A model generated the notes under the pieces. That model did no database searches and had not been told where the DNA came from. It saw only the letters and a list, made by a program, of their open reading frames with translations. A DNA stretch of 64,000 bases from Macrostomum lignano. Taxonomy: Eukaryota. The stretch is taken from NCBI GenBank assembly GCA_002269645.1, contig NIVC01000103.1:124001-188000 (forward strand). The letters are read 5' to 3'. Positions 45,712-57,658 of the stretch are shown one piece after another; within the stretch, counting starts at the first letter, position 1, and each line of letters begins with the position of its first letter. A program made the translations under genes and the position numbers.

Positions 45712-46021
45712 GGGGGCTGTAACCTAGTGTTAGAGCGTCGGACTCACGACTTGAGGGTCTGGGGTTCGATTCTTGACCCATTCGGAACAATTTGTGGCCT
45801 TGAGCAAGACGCGTAACTCTGCATTGCTTCAGTCCACCTAGCTGTAAAATGGGTGCCAGCATTAGCTGGGGTAATTGAGGCTGTGTGTGGCAACCACCCA
45901 GTCCTTGGACTGAACAGCCGTACGCAGCCTTCAGATGCGCCGCCGCGCAATTGCTGCGGCTGAGCTGTCGGTTGTATATCTGGCTCAATTGGGGCAGGTG
46001 TAATCAATTATTATTAATTAT
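45712..46021 (+). mobile_element. tRNA-derived SINE with a CORE-like central domain and an ATT tail
   Basis: A-box-like tagtgttagagcg and B-box ggttcgattc; tgagcaagacgcgtaactct...cttcagtccacctagctgtaaaatggg resembles the MIR/CORE consensus (TGGGCAAGTTACTTAACC...CTCAGTTTCCTCATCTGTAAAATGGG); ends in attattattaattat. Confidence 0.75.
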
Positions 46022-46214
46022 CATACACATTTACTAAAGATCTTGAATTTGACGAACAGCCACTTGGAAAGTTTCAGTCTACGAGTATATGATGCGTCAT
46101 TTTTGACTGAGCAAATGTCTATGGCCAAAAGCCCGTGGCAATCCGAATTTATATGTCTCCGAACTCAAAGCATCAAAGCAAGCAATTATAGTGACAGCAG
46201 CTGTTTACAAAAAA

Positions 46215-48683
46215 ATGTCCAGATTAGCTCACCGTTTTAGCACCGGCCAGAGGCGAGTCAGACGGACCAGCGCTCCAAATATTCTGACGGGCAGCAACGC
46301 TCAGAAAGTTTCTCACAGCGGTGGCGATGGTGGAACCTGCGATCCGCAGCTGATCAAATCGCTCAACAGGATGACATCCGAGCAGCAGGCGAAAGCGGCC
46401 GGCGGCGGCGGCGGCGGCAAAGAGGAAGCTAACGCCCTCAGCGAGGAGGGCTCGCTGCAGCGCGAGATGCTCAAGGATCCGCGATTCGGCAGTCCGCTGC
46501 TCTGCGACGCCCTCGTGATGCTGCTGGCTCTGGTGCCCCTGTTCTGCGGCTTCATCGGCTACTTCTCTGACACCAAGTGAGCTGGGGGCTGGAATAGATT
46601 GACCTGAGTTGACCTGGATTGTCCTCGATTGACCTGAATTGACCTCGATTGTCCTCGACTGACCTGGATTCACCTGAATTGATCTGGATTGACCTGGATT
46701 GATCTGGATTGACCTGAATTGATCTGGATTGACCTGAATTGACCTGGATTGACCTGGATTGACCTGGATTGACCTGAATTGACCTGAATTGACCTGGATT
46801 GACCTGGATTGACCTGGATTGACCTGAATTGACCTGAATTGACCTGGATTGACCTGAATTAATCTGGATTGACCTGAATTGATCTGGATTGACCTGGATT
46901 GACCTGGATTGACCTGGATTGACCTGAATTGATCTGGATTGACCTGAATTGATCTGGATTGACCTCAATTGATCTGGATTGATCTGAATTGATCTGGATT
47001 GACCTGGATTGTCCTCGATTGACCTGAATTGACCTGAATTGACCTGAATTGATCTGGATTGACCTGGATTGACCTGGATTGACCTGAATTGACCTGGATT
47101 GACCTGGATTGACCTGGAAACACCTGGATTGACCTGGATTGACCTGAATTGACCTGAATTGACCTTAATTGATCTGGATTGACCTGGATTGACCTGGATT
47201 GACCTGGATTGACCTGGATTGACCTGGAAACACCTGGATTGACCTGGATTGACCTGAATTGACCTGAATTGACCTGAATTGATCTGGATTGACCTGAATT
47301 GATCTGGATTGACCTGAATTGACCTGGATTGACCTGGATTGACCTGGATTGACCTGAATTGACCTGAATTGACCTGGATTGACCTGGATTGACCTGGATT
47401 GACCTGAATTGACCTGAATTGACCTGGATTGACCTGAATTAATCTGGATTGACCTGAATTGATCTGGATTGACCTGGATTGACCTGGATTGACCTGAATT
47501 GATCTGGATTGACCTGAATTGATCTGGATTGACCTCAATTGATCTGGATTGATCTGAATTGATCTGGATTGACCTGGATTGTCCTCGATTGACCTGGATT
47601 GACCTGAATTGACCTGAATTGATCTGGATTGACCTGGATTGACCTGAATTGACCTGAATTGACCTGGATCGACCTGGATTGACCTGGAAACACCTGGATT
47701 GACCTGGATTGACCTGAATTGACCTGAATTGACCTTAATTGATCTGGATTGACCTGAATTGATCTGGATTGACCTGGATTGACCTGGATTGACCTGGATT
47801 GACCTGGAAACACCTGGATTGACCTGGATTGACCTGAATTGACCTGAATTGACCTGAATTTATCTGGATTGACCTGAATTGATCTGGATTGACCTGGATT
47901 GTCCTTGATTGACCTGGATTGACCTGAATTGACCTGAATTGATCTGGATTGACCTGGATTGGCCTGGATTGACCTGGATTGACCTGAATTGACCTGAATT
48001 GACCTGGATTGACCTGGATTGACCTGGATTGACCTGGATTGACCTGGATTGACCTGAATTGACCTGAATTGACCTGGATTGACCTGAATTGATCTGGATT
48101 GACCTGGATTGTCCTCGATTGACCTGAATTGACCTGGATTGACCCGGATTGACCTGAATTGACTGGAATTGTTCTCGATTGAGCTGAATTGACCTCAGTT
48201 GACCTAGATTGATCCGTGCTGACCTGGGTTGACCTAGATTAACTCACTGAGAGTGGATGAGTTGATGAACTGACACAATGCAACCCTCGGCACCAATGCC
48301 CCAATCTACACGCCACCCACAGAAAGGACCAAAGTGTGGGCTCGGGCTACCACTACGGCCTGGCATTGTGCGGCATTTTCATTTTCCTACTGGGCCTTCG
48401 CTCGGCCAGCCTCCACCTCATCAACGGCACCGACATTACCGAGGATCGGGTGCTGTACATCCTGGACAAGTTTGGCGGCTCGGTGTGGATACCGAAGGTG
48501 CCGGAGGTGCTGCAGGTTGAGGCCGGCGGCAGTCTAGCGCAGCAGCCAACGACTTCAGCTGGCCTTGACGAGACCTGCAAGCTGATGCTCGACCCCATGT
48601 CCTCCAGCGTCTTCCTGCTCGGAAATCCGCGACAGACTGGCCAGAGCGCTGGCGGTCAGACCTCGGACTCGGTCAAAGTCTAA
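46215..48683 (+). CDS. Two-exon predicted two-TM membrane protein (46215-46576, 48323-48683; 240 aa), family not recognised
   Basis: Phase-2 junction AA|gtgagc...cccacag|A joins the two ORF-track fragments. Hydrophobic stretches ALVMLLALVPLFCGFIGYF and YGLALCGIFIFLLGL flank a short loop. Confidence 0.65.
46598..48240. repeat. Intronic 10-bp satellite (gacctggatt/gacctgaatt), 1.65 kb
   Basis: Direct repetition; explains ORF 46552..47538. Confidence 0.98.
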
Positions 48684-49241
48684 TCGATTTGTTAGATTCA
48701 AAATACACCCGTAGTTAGTTCGCTTGAATTCTTTATCGAGAAATTTTCACTTTTTCCAGTAAAATTTTTCTATTTCTACTAACAGTAGACTTGTGGCATA
48801 TAAAGCTTATTTTGGTGCCCAGAAAATTACCCAAAGGTAAAGTTTTCTAGCCCTGACGCTGGGTCTAAAAATAGAATGAGGAATCACCTTGTACGCGTAC
48901 ATTCTCTGCTATTCATACTAGGTACTACCTTACTGAAGTAGTGTCGTACGGGTGCATCTCTGGGCAGCTGACAAATTTAAACATTGCGCGATAGCTATTT
49001 TTTAAACGGTTGTACCTCATTGTCAAGATCAGAAACTGTGGGTGCACTTCTATGCCTTAATATTCAAAGGAAAAGTGTTAGAAAAAAGTGGTATGAGTGT
49101 TTGAAATATATTTATCACAAATTGCAATTGTTATTCTTTCAAAATGGAAAATACTTATATAGTTACTATGTATGCAACTGAAGCAGTTTAAGTTTCTGCA
49201 TATGTTAACTGAGTCAAGATGGAACCAGTGACATCATGATG

Positions 49242-52200
49242 TTAGATGTAGTTGGGAAGTTTTGGGTAATCATGGATGATGAACTCTCGCAGCACCGGCT
49301 TCACATCCGGGTCGCGCACCAGATCAGGGTGCGCCTTCAGATAGGTCTGGAAATTCATCTTGGTGGGCAGGCTGCTCAGGCTCTCTCTGTAGAGCTGCTC
49401 GAACTTCTTTATTCGGCTGTTCAGAAGTCTGTTCTCCTCCTCCAGTCTCTGCACTGCCTGGAATTGGGGAGGCAACTGCTGTCATCTCCCATGCTGTCAT
49501 CTCCCATGCTGTCATCTCCCATGCTGTCATCTCCCATGCTGTCATCTCCCATGCTGTCATCTCCCATGCTGTCATCTCCCATGCTGTCATCTCCCATGCT
49601 GTCATCTCCCATGCTGTCATCTCCCATGCTGTCATCTCCCATGCTGTCATCTCCCATGCTGTCATCTCCCATGCTGTCATCTCCCATGCTGTCATCTCCC
49701 ATGCTGTCATCTCCCATGCTGTCATCTCCCATGCTGTCATCTCCCATGCTGTCATCTCCCATGCTGTCATCTCCCATGCTGTCATCTCCCATGCTGTCAT
49801 CTCCCATGCTGTCATCTCCCATGCTGTCATCTCCCATGCTGTCATCTCCCATGCTGTCATCTCCCATGCTGTCATCTCCCATGCTGTCATCTCCCATGCT
49901 GTCATCTCCCATGCTGTCATCTCCCATGCTGTCATCTCCCATGCTGTCATCTCCCATGCTGTCATCTCCCATGCTGTCATCTCCCATGCTGTCATCTCCC
50001 ATGCTGTCATCTCCCATGCTGTCATCTCCCATGCTGTCATCTCCCATGCTGTCATCTCCCATGCTGTCATCTCCCATGCTGTCATCTCCCATGCTGTCAT
50101 CTCCCATGCTGTCATCTCCCATGCTGTCATCTCCCATGCTGTCATCTCCCATGCTGTCATCTCCCATGCTGTCATCTCCCATGCTGTCATCTCCCATGCT
50201 GTCATCTCCCATGCTGTCATCTCCCATGCTGTCATCTCCCATGCTGTCATCTCCCATGCTGTCATCTCCCATGCTGTCATCTCCCATGCTGTCATCTCCC
50301 ATGCTGTCATCTCCCATGCTGTCATCTCCCATGCTGTCATCTCCCATGCTGTCATCTCCCATGCTGTCATCTCCCATGCTGTCATCTCCCATGCTGTCAT
50401 CTCCCATGCTGTCATCTCCCATGCTGTCATCTCCCATGCTGTCATCTCCCATGCTGTCATCTCCCATGCTGTCATCTCCCATGCTGTCATCTCCCATGCT
50501 GTCATCTCCCATGCTGTCATCTCCCATGCTGTCATCTCCCATGCTGTCATCTCCCATGCTGTCATCTCCCATGCTGTCATCTCCCATGCTGTCATCTCCC
50601 ATGCTGTCATCTCCCATGCTGTCATCTCCCATGCTGTCATCTCCCATGCTGTCATCTCCCATGCTGTCATCTCCCATGCTGTCATCTCCCATGCTGTCAT
50701 CTCCCATGCTGTCCCCGAGCTACTCTCAGCACCCGATCGCAGTTTTGAGCGTCCTCAGCCTCACCTTCTTCAGTTTATTTTCTCTCTCCCGGCGGTTCTT
50801 CCTGCAGGCGATGGCTGACTGCCGGTTCTTCTCCCGCCTCTTCAACTGCATCTGCCGGGTCTCTTCGCTCACCTGCAGAGGCGTTTGACATATTATAAAG
50901 GAGACGCAACTAAGAAATTAGATGCAACTCAGAAAGTAGATTGATACGACTGAGAGAGTAGATGTAAATGCAGCTGAGAGATTAGATGCACCTATGAGAG
51001 TAGATGCAACTGAGAGAATAGATAGCTCGTAATTTAGATATTGGATGGAAATGAGAGAGTCTGGATACAACTGAGTGAGTAGGATGAACCTGAGAGAGTA
51101 GAGAGATTAGATATTCAGTAATTGGATGCAAATTTGAAAGTAGATGCAAATTTGAGAGTATATGCAACTGAGTGAGTGGGATAAAACTAAGAAATTAAAT
51201 ACAACTGAGAGAGTAGAAAACACTGAGAGAATAGATGCAACTTATAGAGTAGATGCAACTGAGAGAGTAGAAAACACTGAGAGAATAGATGCAACTTATA
51301 GAGTAGATGCAACTGAGAGAGTAGAAAACACTGAGAGAATAGATGCAACTTATAGAGTAGATGCAACTGAGAGAGTTGATGTAACTGAGAAAACAGATAC
51401 ATGCAATTTAGATATTGAATGCAAATGAGAAAGTAGATGCAACTGAGAGAGTAGATGCAATTGAGAGAGTAGATGTAAATGAGAGAGTAGATGCAACTGA
51501 GAGAGTAAATGCAACTGAGAGAGTAAATGCAACTGAGAGAGTAAATGCAACTGAGAGAGTAGATGCAACTGAGAGAGTAGATGCAACTGAGAGAGTAGAT
51601 GCAAATGAGAGAGTAAATGCAACTGAGAGAGAGATGAGATGCAACTGAGAGAGTAGATGCAATTGAGAGAGTAGATGCAACTGAGAGAGTAGATGCAACT
51701 TAGAGAGTAGATGCAACTGAGAGAGTAAATGCAACTGAGAGAGTAAATGCAACTGAGAGAGTAGATGCAACTGAGAGAGTAGATGCAACTGAGAGAGTAG
51801 ATGCAACTGAGAGAGTAGATGCAACTTAGAGAGTAAATGCAACTGAGAGATTAGGATAAAACTGAGAGAGTAGATGCAACTGAGAGAGTAGATGCAACTG
51901 AGAGAGTAGATGCAACTTAGAGAGTAGATGCAACTTAGAGAGTAGATGCAACTGAGGGATTAGGATAAAACTGAGAGAGTAGATGCAATTGAGAGAGTAG
52001 ATGCAACTTAGAGAGTAGATGCAACTGAGAGAGTAAATGCAACTGAGAGAGAGATGAGATGCAACTGAGAGAGTAGATGCAACTGAGAGAGTAGATGCAA
52101 CTGAGAAATTAGATGCAAATGAGAGACTAGATGCAACTGAGAGAGTAGATGCAACTGAGAGAGTAGATGCAACTGAGAGAGTAGATGCAACTTAGAGAGT

Positions 52201-54621
52201 AAATGCAACTGAGAGATTAGGATAAAACTGAGAGAGTAGATGCAACTGAGAGAGTAGATGCAACTGAGAGAGTAGATGCAACTGAGAAATTAGATGCAAC
52301 TGAGAGAGTAGATGCAACTGAGAGAGTAGATGCAACTGAGAGAGTAGATGCAACTGAGAGAGTAGATGCAACTTAGAGAGTAAATGCAACTGAGAGATTA
52401 GGATAAAACTGAGAGAGTAGATGCAACTGAGAGAGTAGATGCAACTGAGAGAGTAGATGCAACTTAGAGAGTAGATGCAACTGAGGGATTAGGATAAAAC
52501 TGAGAGAGTAGATGCAACTGAGAGAGTAGATGCAACTGAGAGAGTAGATGCAACTGAGAGAGTAGATGCAAATGAGAGACTAGATGCAACTGAGAGAGTA
52601 GATGCAACTGAGAGAGTAGATGCAACTGAGAGAGTAGATGCAACTTAGAGAGTAAATGCAACTGAGAGATTAGGATAAAACTGAGAGAGTAGATGCAACT
52701 GAGAGAGTAGATGCAACTGAGAGAGTAGATGCAACTGAGAGAGTAGATGCAACTGAGAGAGTAGATGCAACTGAGAAATTAGATGCAACTGAGAGAGTAG
52801 ATGCAACTGAGAGAGTAGATGCAACTGAGAGAGTAGATGCAACTTAGAGAGTAGATGCAACTGAGGGATTAGGATAAAACTGAGAGAGTAGATGCAACTG
52901 AGAGAGTAGATGCAACTGAGAGAGTAGATGCAACTGAGAGAGTAGATGCAACTGAGAGAGTAGATGCAACTGAGAGACTAGATGCAACTGAGAGAGTAGA
53001 TGCAACTGAGAGAGTAGATGCAACTGAGAGAGTAGATGCAACTTAGAGAGTAAATGCAACTGAGAGATTAGGATAAAACTGAGAGAGTAGATGCAACTGA
53101 GAGAGTAGATGCAACTGAGAGAGTAGATGCAACTGAGAGAGTAGATGCAACTGAGAGAGTAGATGCAACTGAGAAATTAGATGCAACTGAGAGAGTAGAT
53201 GCAACTGAGAGAGTAGATGCAACTGAGAGAGTAGATGCAACTTAGAGAGTAAATGCAACTGAGAGATTAGGATAAAACTGAGAGAGTAGATGCAACTGAG
53301 AGAGTAGATGCAACTGAGAGAGTAGATGCAACTGAGAGAGTAGATGCAACTGAGAGAGTAGATGCAACTTAGAGAGTAAATGCAACTGAGAGATTAGGAT
53401 AAAACTGAGAGAGTAGATGCAACTGAGAGAGTAGATGCAACTGAGAGAGTAGATGCAACTGAGAGAGTAGATGCAACTGAGAGACTAGATGCAACTGAGA
53501 GAGTAGATGCAACTGAGAGAGTAGATGCAACTGAGAGAGTAGATGCAACTTAGAGAGTAAATGCAACTGAGAGATTAGGATAAAACTGAGAGAGTAGATG
53601 CAACTGAGAGAGTAGATGCAACTGAGAGAGTAGATGCAACTGAGAGAGTAGATGCAACTGAGAGAGTAGATGCAACTGAGAAATTAGATGCAACTGAGAG
53701 AGTAGATGCAACTGAGAGAGTAGATGCAACTGAGAGAGTAGATGCAACTTAGAGAGTAAATGCAACTGAGAGATTAGGATAAAACTGAGAGAGTAGATGC
53801 AACTGAGAGAGTAGATGCAACTGAGAGAGTAGATGCAACTGAGAGAGTAGATGCAACTGAGAGAGTAGATGCAACTGAGAGAGTAGATGCAACTGAGAAA
53901 TTAGATGCAACTGAGAGAGTAGATGCAACTGAGAGAGTAGATGCAACTGAGAGAGTAGATGCAACTTAGAGAGTAAATGCAACTGAGAGATTAGGATAAA
54001 ACTGAGAGAGTAGATGCAACTGAGAGAGTAGATGCAACTGAGAGAGTAGATGCAACTGAGAGAGTAAATGCAACTGAGAGAGTAGATGCAACTGAGAGAG
54101 TAGATGCAACTTAGAGAGTAGATGCAACTCAGGGATTAGGATAAAACTGAGAGAGTAGATGCAACTGAGAGAGTAAATGCAACTAAGTGAGTAGATGCAA
54201 CTGAGAGAGTAGATGCAACTGAGAGAGTAGATCCAACTGGCAGAATAGATAATTTAGATATTGGATGAGTCACCTGAGCCTCAGTTCGGCCACTGTCCGA
54301 AGCCTGTGCTGTGCTCGGCTGTTCGTCAGACTCTCCCCGCTGTAACCTGCGCAATCGAATTGTGAGCTGCAGCTCCCGTCTGACGAGTTCGCTGTACTTG
54401 GATGTGCTCAACTGCGCTCCGAGCTGACTGGACTCGCTATCGATGTCGATGTCAGCTGCCTCGCCAGCGCTGCCTCTGGAGCTGGATCCCATGAGTTCGA
54501 TCATCAGCTGCTGTGCTTCATCGGCCTTCGCCATAGCCAGCATGTCGCACAGGTGTTCTGTCACCTTGTTGAAGTCCTTGGATGAGTCAGCTGTACTGGG
54601 CAGCTCGTGCTTGTCTTGCAT
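49242..54621 (-). CDS. bZIP transcription factor, exons 54621-54274, 50872-50765, 49457-49242 (223 aa)
   Basis: All junctions are phase-0 GT-AG. Basic region KRREKNRQSAIACRKNRRERE, zipper LKKAVQRLEEENRLLNSRIKKF. Confidence 0.82.
49478..50712. repeat. Near-perfect 15-bp satellite (atgctgtcatctccc) x ~82, in bZIP intron 2
   Basis: No variant units seen by eye; it generates the MLSSP / MGDDS / WEMTA pseudo-ORFs. Confidence 0.99.
50900..54260. repeat. 18-bp satellite (gagagtagatgcaactga) with higher-order structure, in bZIP intron 1
   Basis: The marker unit ttaggataaaa recurs at irregular intervals, often ~180-215 bp. Confidence 0.96.
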
Positions 54622-55169
54622 TTTTATAGTTCTATGGCTGAATAGATGAGTGCAGCTAAAGTGAGGCCAGTGCCTTGTAGAAAGTTTTGTCCTGACGCAA
54701 CACTTATATATACAGGCTAGAGCGATTTGGCTAAATGGTCCCAGCGATCAGGGTACTGCCGCGTTGGATCTCGGGACTTCGGGGTTTTTTCTGGTGATCT
54801 GTATTTTCGGAGCTGACGATATTGATGATCGTTTTTGTTCATGATAGCGGCAGTAGTTTAACAGTAGTACCTAAAGCTGTAATTGCTAAATAGAAATTAT
54901 TCACTCTACTTTACTAAGTATTGTTCAACTATTTTCTTTTTGTTTTAATTATAAGTATTTTTCGTGTCATTTTGAATCGGAACATTTTTGATAATAATGG
55001 AATTTTTTTATGCTAAAAGCGCGGCTTCTACTACTGCCAAGTAGTGCGATGCTAATTACATTGTAAAAGCTCGTTAAATTGTGACTTTGAACTATCAACT
55101 TTAGATGAGAGAATTCAAACTCCAGTACATGTAATAGAATCCTCTTCTCAGTCATTATATGTACAATTA

Positions 55170-55990
55170 ATCACCTGTCAACTATGAGAATCGCCTGTCA
55201 GCTGTGAGAATCACCTGTCAACTATGAGAATCGCCTGTCAGTTATGAGAATCACCTGTCAACTATGAGAATCGCCTGTCAGTTATGAGAATCGCCTGTCA
55301 ACTATGAGAATCGCCTGTCAGGCTATAAGAATCGCCTGTCAGCTTTGAGAATCACCAGTCAAACTATGAGAATCGCTTGTCAAGCTATGAGAATCGCCTG
55401 CCATTGTACATTGCATTGTGACTGGTGACTGTATTTCCTTCATTCTACTGACTGCGTAATATTTGATTTTTTAACACATCTTATATATATGTCGCCGTTT
55501 AAACTCCGTTTCGTTTTCAAATATAACTAAGATTTGCTTGAGAATGATCAATGGTGATCGCGAAACGCGTCGCAATGTTACAAATTACAAAATGTTGATA
55601 ATTAGTTTTTTAATCGCCTGTCAAGCTATGAGAATCGCCTGTCAAACTATGAGAATTGCCGATCAAACTATGAGAATCGAATGTCAAACTATGAGAATCG
55701 AATGTCAAACTATGAGAATCGCCTGTCAAGCTATGAGAATCGCCTGTCAAACTATGAGAATCGCCTGTCAGGCTATGAGAATCGCCTGTCAAGCTATGAG
55801 AATCGCCTGTCAAGCTATGAGAATCGCCTGTCAAACTATGAGAATCGCCTGTCAGGCTATGAGAATCGCCTGTCAAGCTATGAGAATTGAATGTCAAACT
55901 ATGAGAATTGCCGATCAAACTATGAGAATCACCAGTCAAACTATGAGAATCGCCTGTCAAGCTATGAGAATCGCCTGTCAAGCTATGAGA
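55170..55990. repeat. Two blocks (55170-55410, 55610-55990) of a 20-21-bp repeat (atgagaatcgcctgtcaaact)
   Basis: Direct repetition; the same unit occurs in both blocks. Confidence 0.93.
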
Positions 55991-56732
55991 AACATGTCAA
56001 AAAAGTATACACACGAAGTCATTGAGACGGTTACCAATTATACACAAATGTTTCCTAGCATTCAATGTAACCCGTTAAACTTCATACCGTATAGTTTAGC
56101 ATAGATTCAAAAGCTCAAGAAAGGCTCACAAATTGTTGGAAAACAAAAACAATTAAAAAGCAGATACAGATAGAAGAAAAAAATTGATACTATCAATAAA
56201 GGAAATTACAAGACGATGTGAGCAGTTGAGAAAAGAAATTTGTTTTCAAAAAAGGAAAATTCAAACTTCGCGCAATAGGCAACATCGATCTGGGATAACA
56301 AAACTCCCGGAAGTTAGAGGGGCTTCAGTAAAATAAGCCAAGGTAGAAGTTTAACATGCAGAATGCAGAATAAAACTGAAATTAAAGAAATTGAGACTAA
56401 GATGTCGGCAGCAATAAAATTGAACTGCAAACAATGCCTTACAAAAAGCACTCTTTATCGCGCACTTGTAAAATTACATCGCATGCTTAATTGATTAACA
56501 AAATCACGCTACTTGAAGTAGTTCAGCTGCCAAGCTGAGCACACAAAAGAGGAAGCCAAAAAATGCGAACGGAACAGGCGATGCAAAGGACTTCTCCCGC
56601 CAAATTCATTTCCATTGATTGCTACAAAAAACAGTTTAAAAAAGCGTTACAGGACTACAGCTGCATAAAAAACAATAGCAAAATGTGCTGCTGGCCTACT
56701 ATCAGTAGCTGAGTCAGACTGGATTGTTTCAT

Positions 56733-57072
56733 TCAAAGCGGCTCCAGCTTGAACGGATCATCTTCCATAGCTGGCGGCAGCAGCAAGCTTGGCGTCAGAA
56801 GGATCTCCTCCTGTTGGGGTGCGTTGCTAACGGTAGACACCGTTGTCAAGGACGCCAAATCGGGCGCTGCCATGGAAACTGAAGCAGAGGCTTCCGGGCA
56901 CGAAAACCGATGCTCGTTGAGACGGCGAAGTAAATCCGATCTGAATAGAGTTGGAATATATCAATCAAAATATCAATCAATCAATTAATCAGTCAATCAG
57001 TCAATCAATCGATATATCAATATATCAAACAATTTATCTATCAATCAATATGTCAATCAATCAATCAATATG

Positions 57073-57122
<50 letters not shown>

Positions 57123-57242
57123 CATCAATCCATCAATCCATCAATCCATCAATCCATCAATCCATCTATCCATCTATCCATCTATCCATCATCTATCCAT
57201 CTATCCATATATCCATCTATCTATCCATCTATCCATCTATCC

Positions 57243-57305
<63 letters not shown>

Positions 57306-57611
57306 CATCTATCCATCTATCCATCTATCCATCTATCCATCTATCCATCTATCCATCTATCCATCTATCCATCTATCCATCTATCCATCTATCCATCTAT
57401 CCATCTATCCATCTATCCATCTATCCATCATCTATCCATCTATCCATCTATCCATCATCTATCCATCTATCCATCTATCCATCATCTATCCATCTATCCA
57501 TCTATCCATCTATCCATCTATCCATCTATCCATCTATCCATCTATCCATCTATCCATCTATCCATCTATCCATCTATCCATCTATCCATCTATCCATCTA
57601 TCCATCTATCC

Positions 57612-57658
<47 letters not shown>

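Noticed and set aside
45712-45790. tRNA gene
   Set aside because: It has A/B boxes but no convincing cloverleaf, and it continues into a SINE body and tail.
46552-47538. 328-aa ORF (RSIQVNPGQS repeats) and the similar repeat ORFs at 5162-6330, 42775-43915, 51350-53982, 55538-56104, 56951-57898 and 58387-59286
   Set aside because: The periodic peptides mirror minisatellite units, and most of these arrays lie in introns defined by neighbouring exons.
49236-50888. Long ORFs of 428-550 aa (MLSSP, MGDDS, WEMTA repeats)
   Set aside because: They result from a stop-free 15-bp satellite lying inside a GT-AG intron of the bZIP gene.
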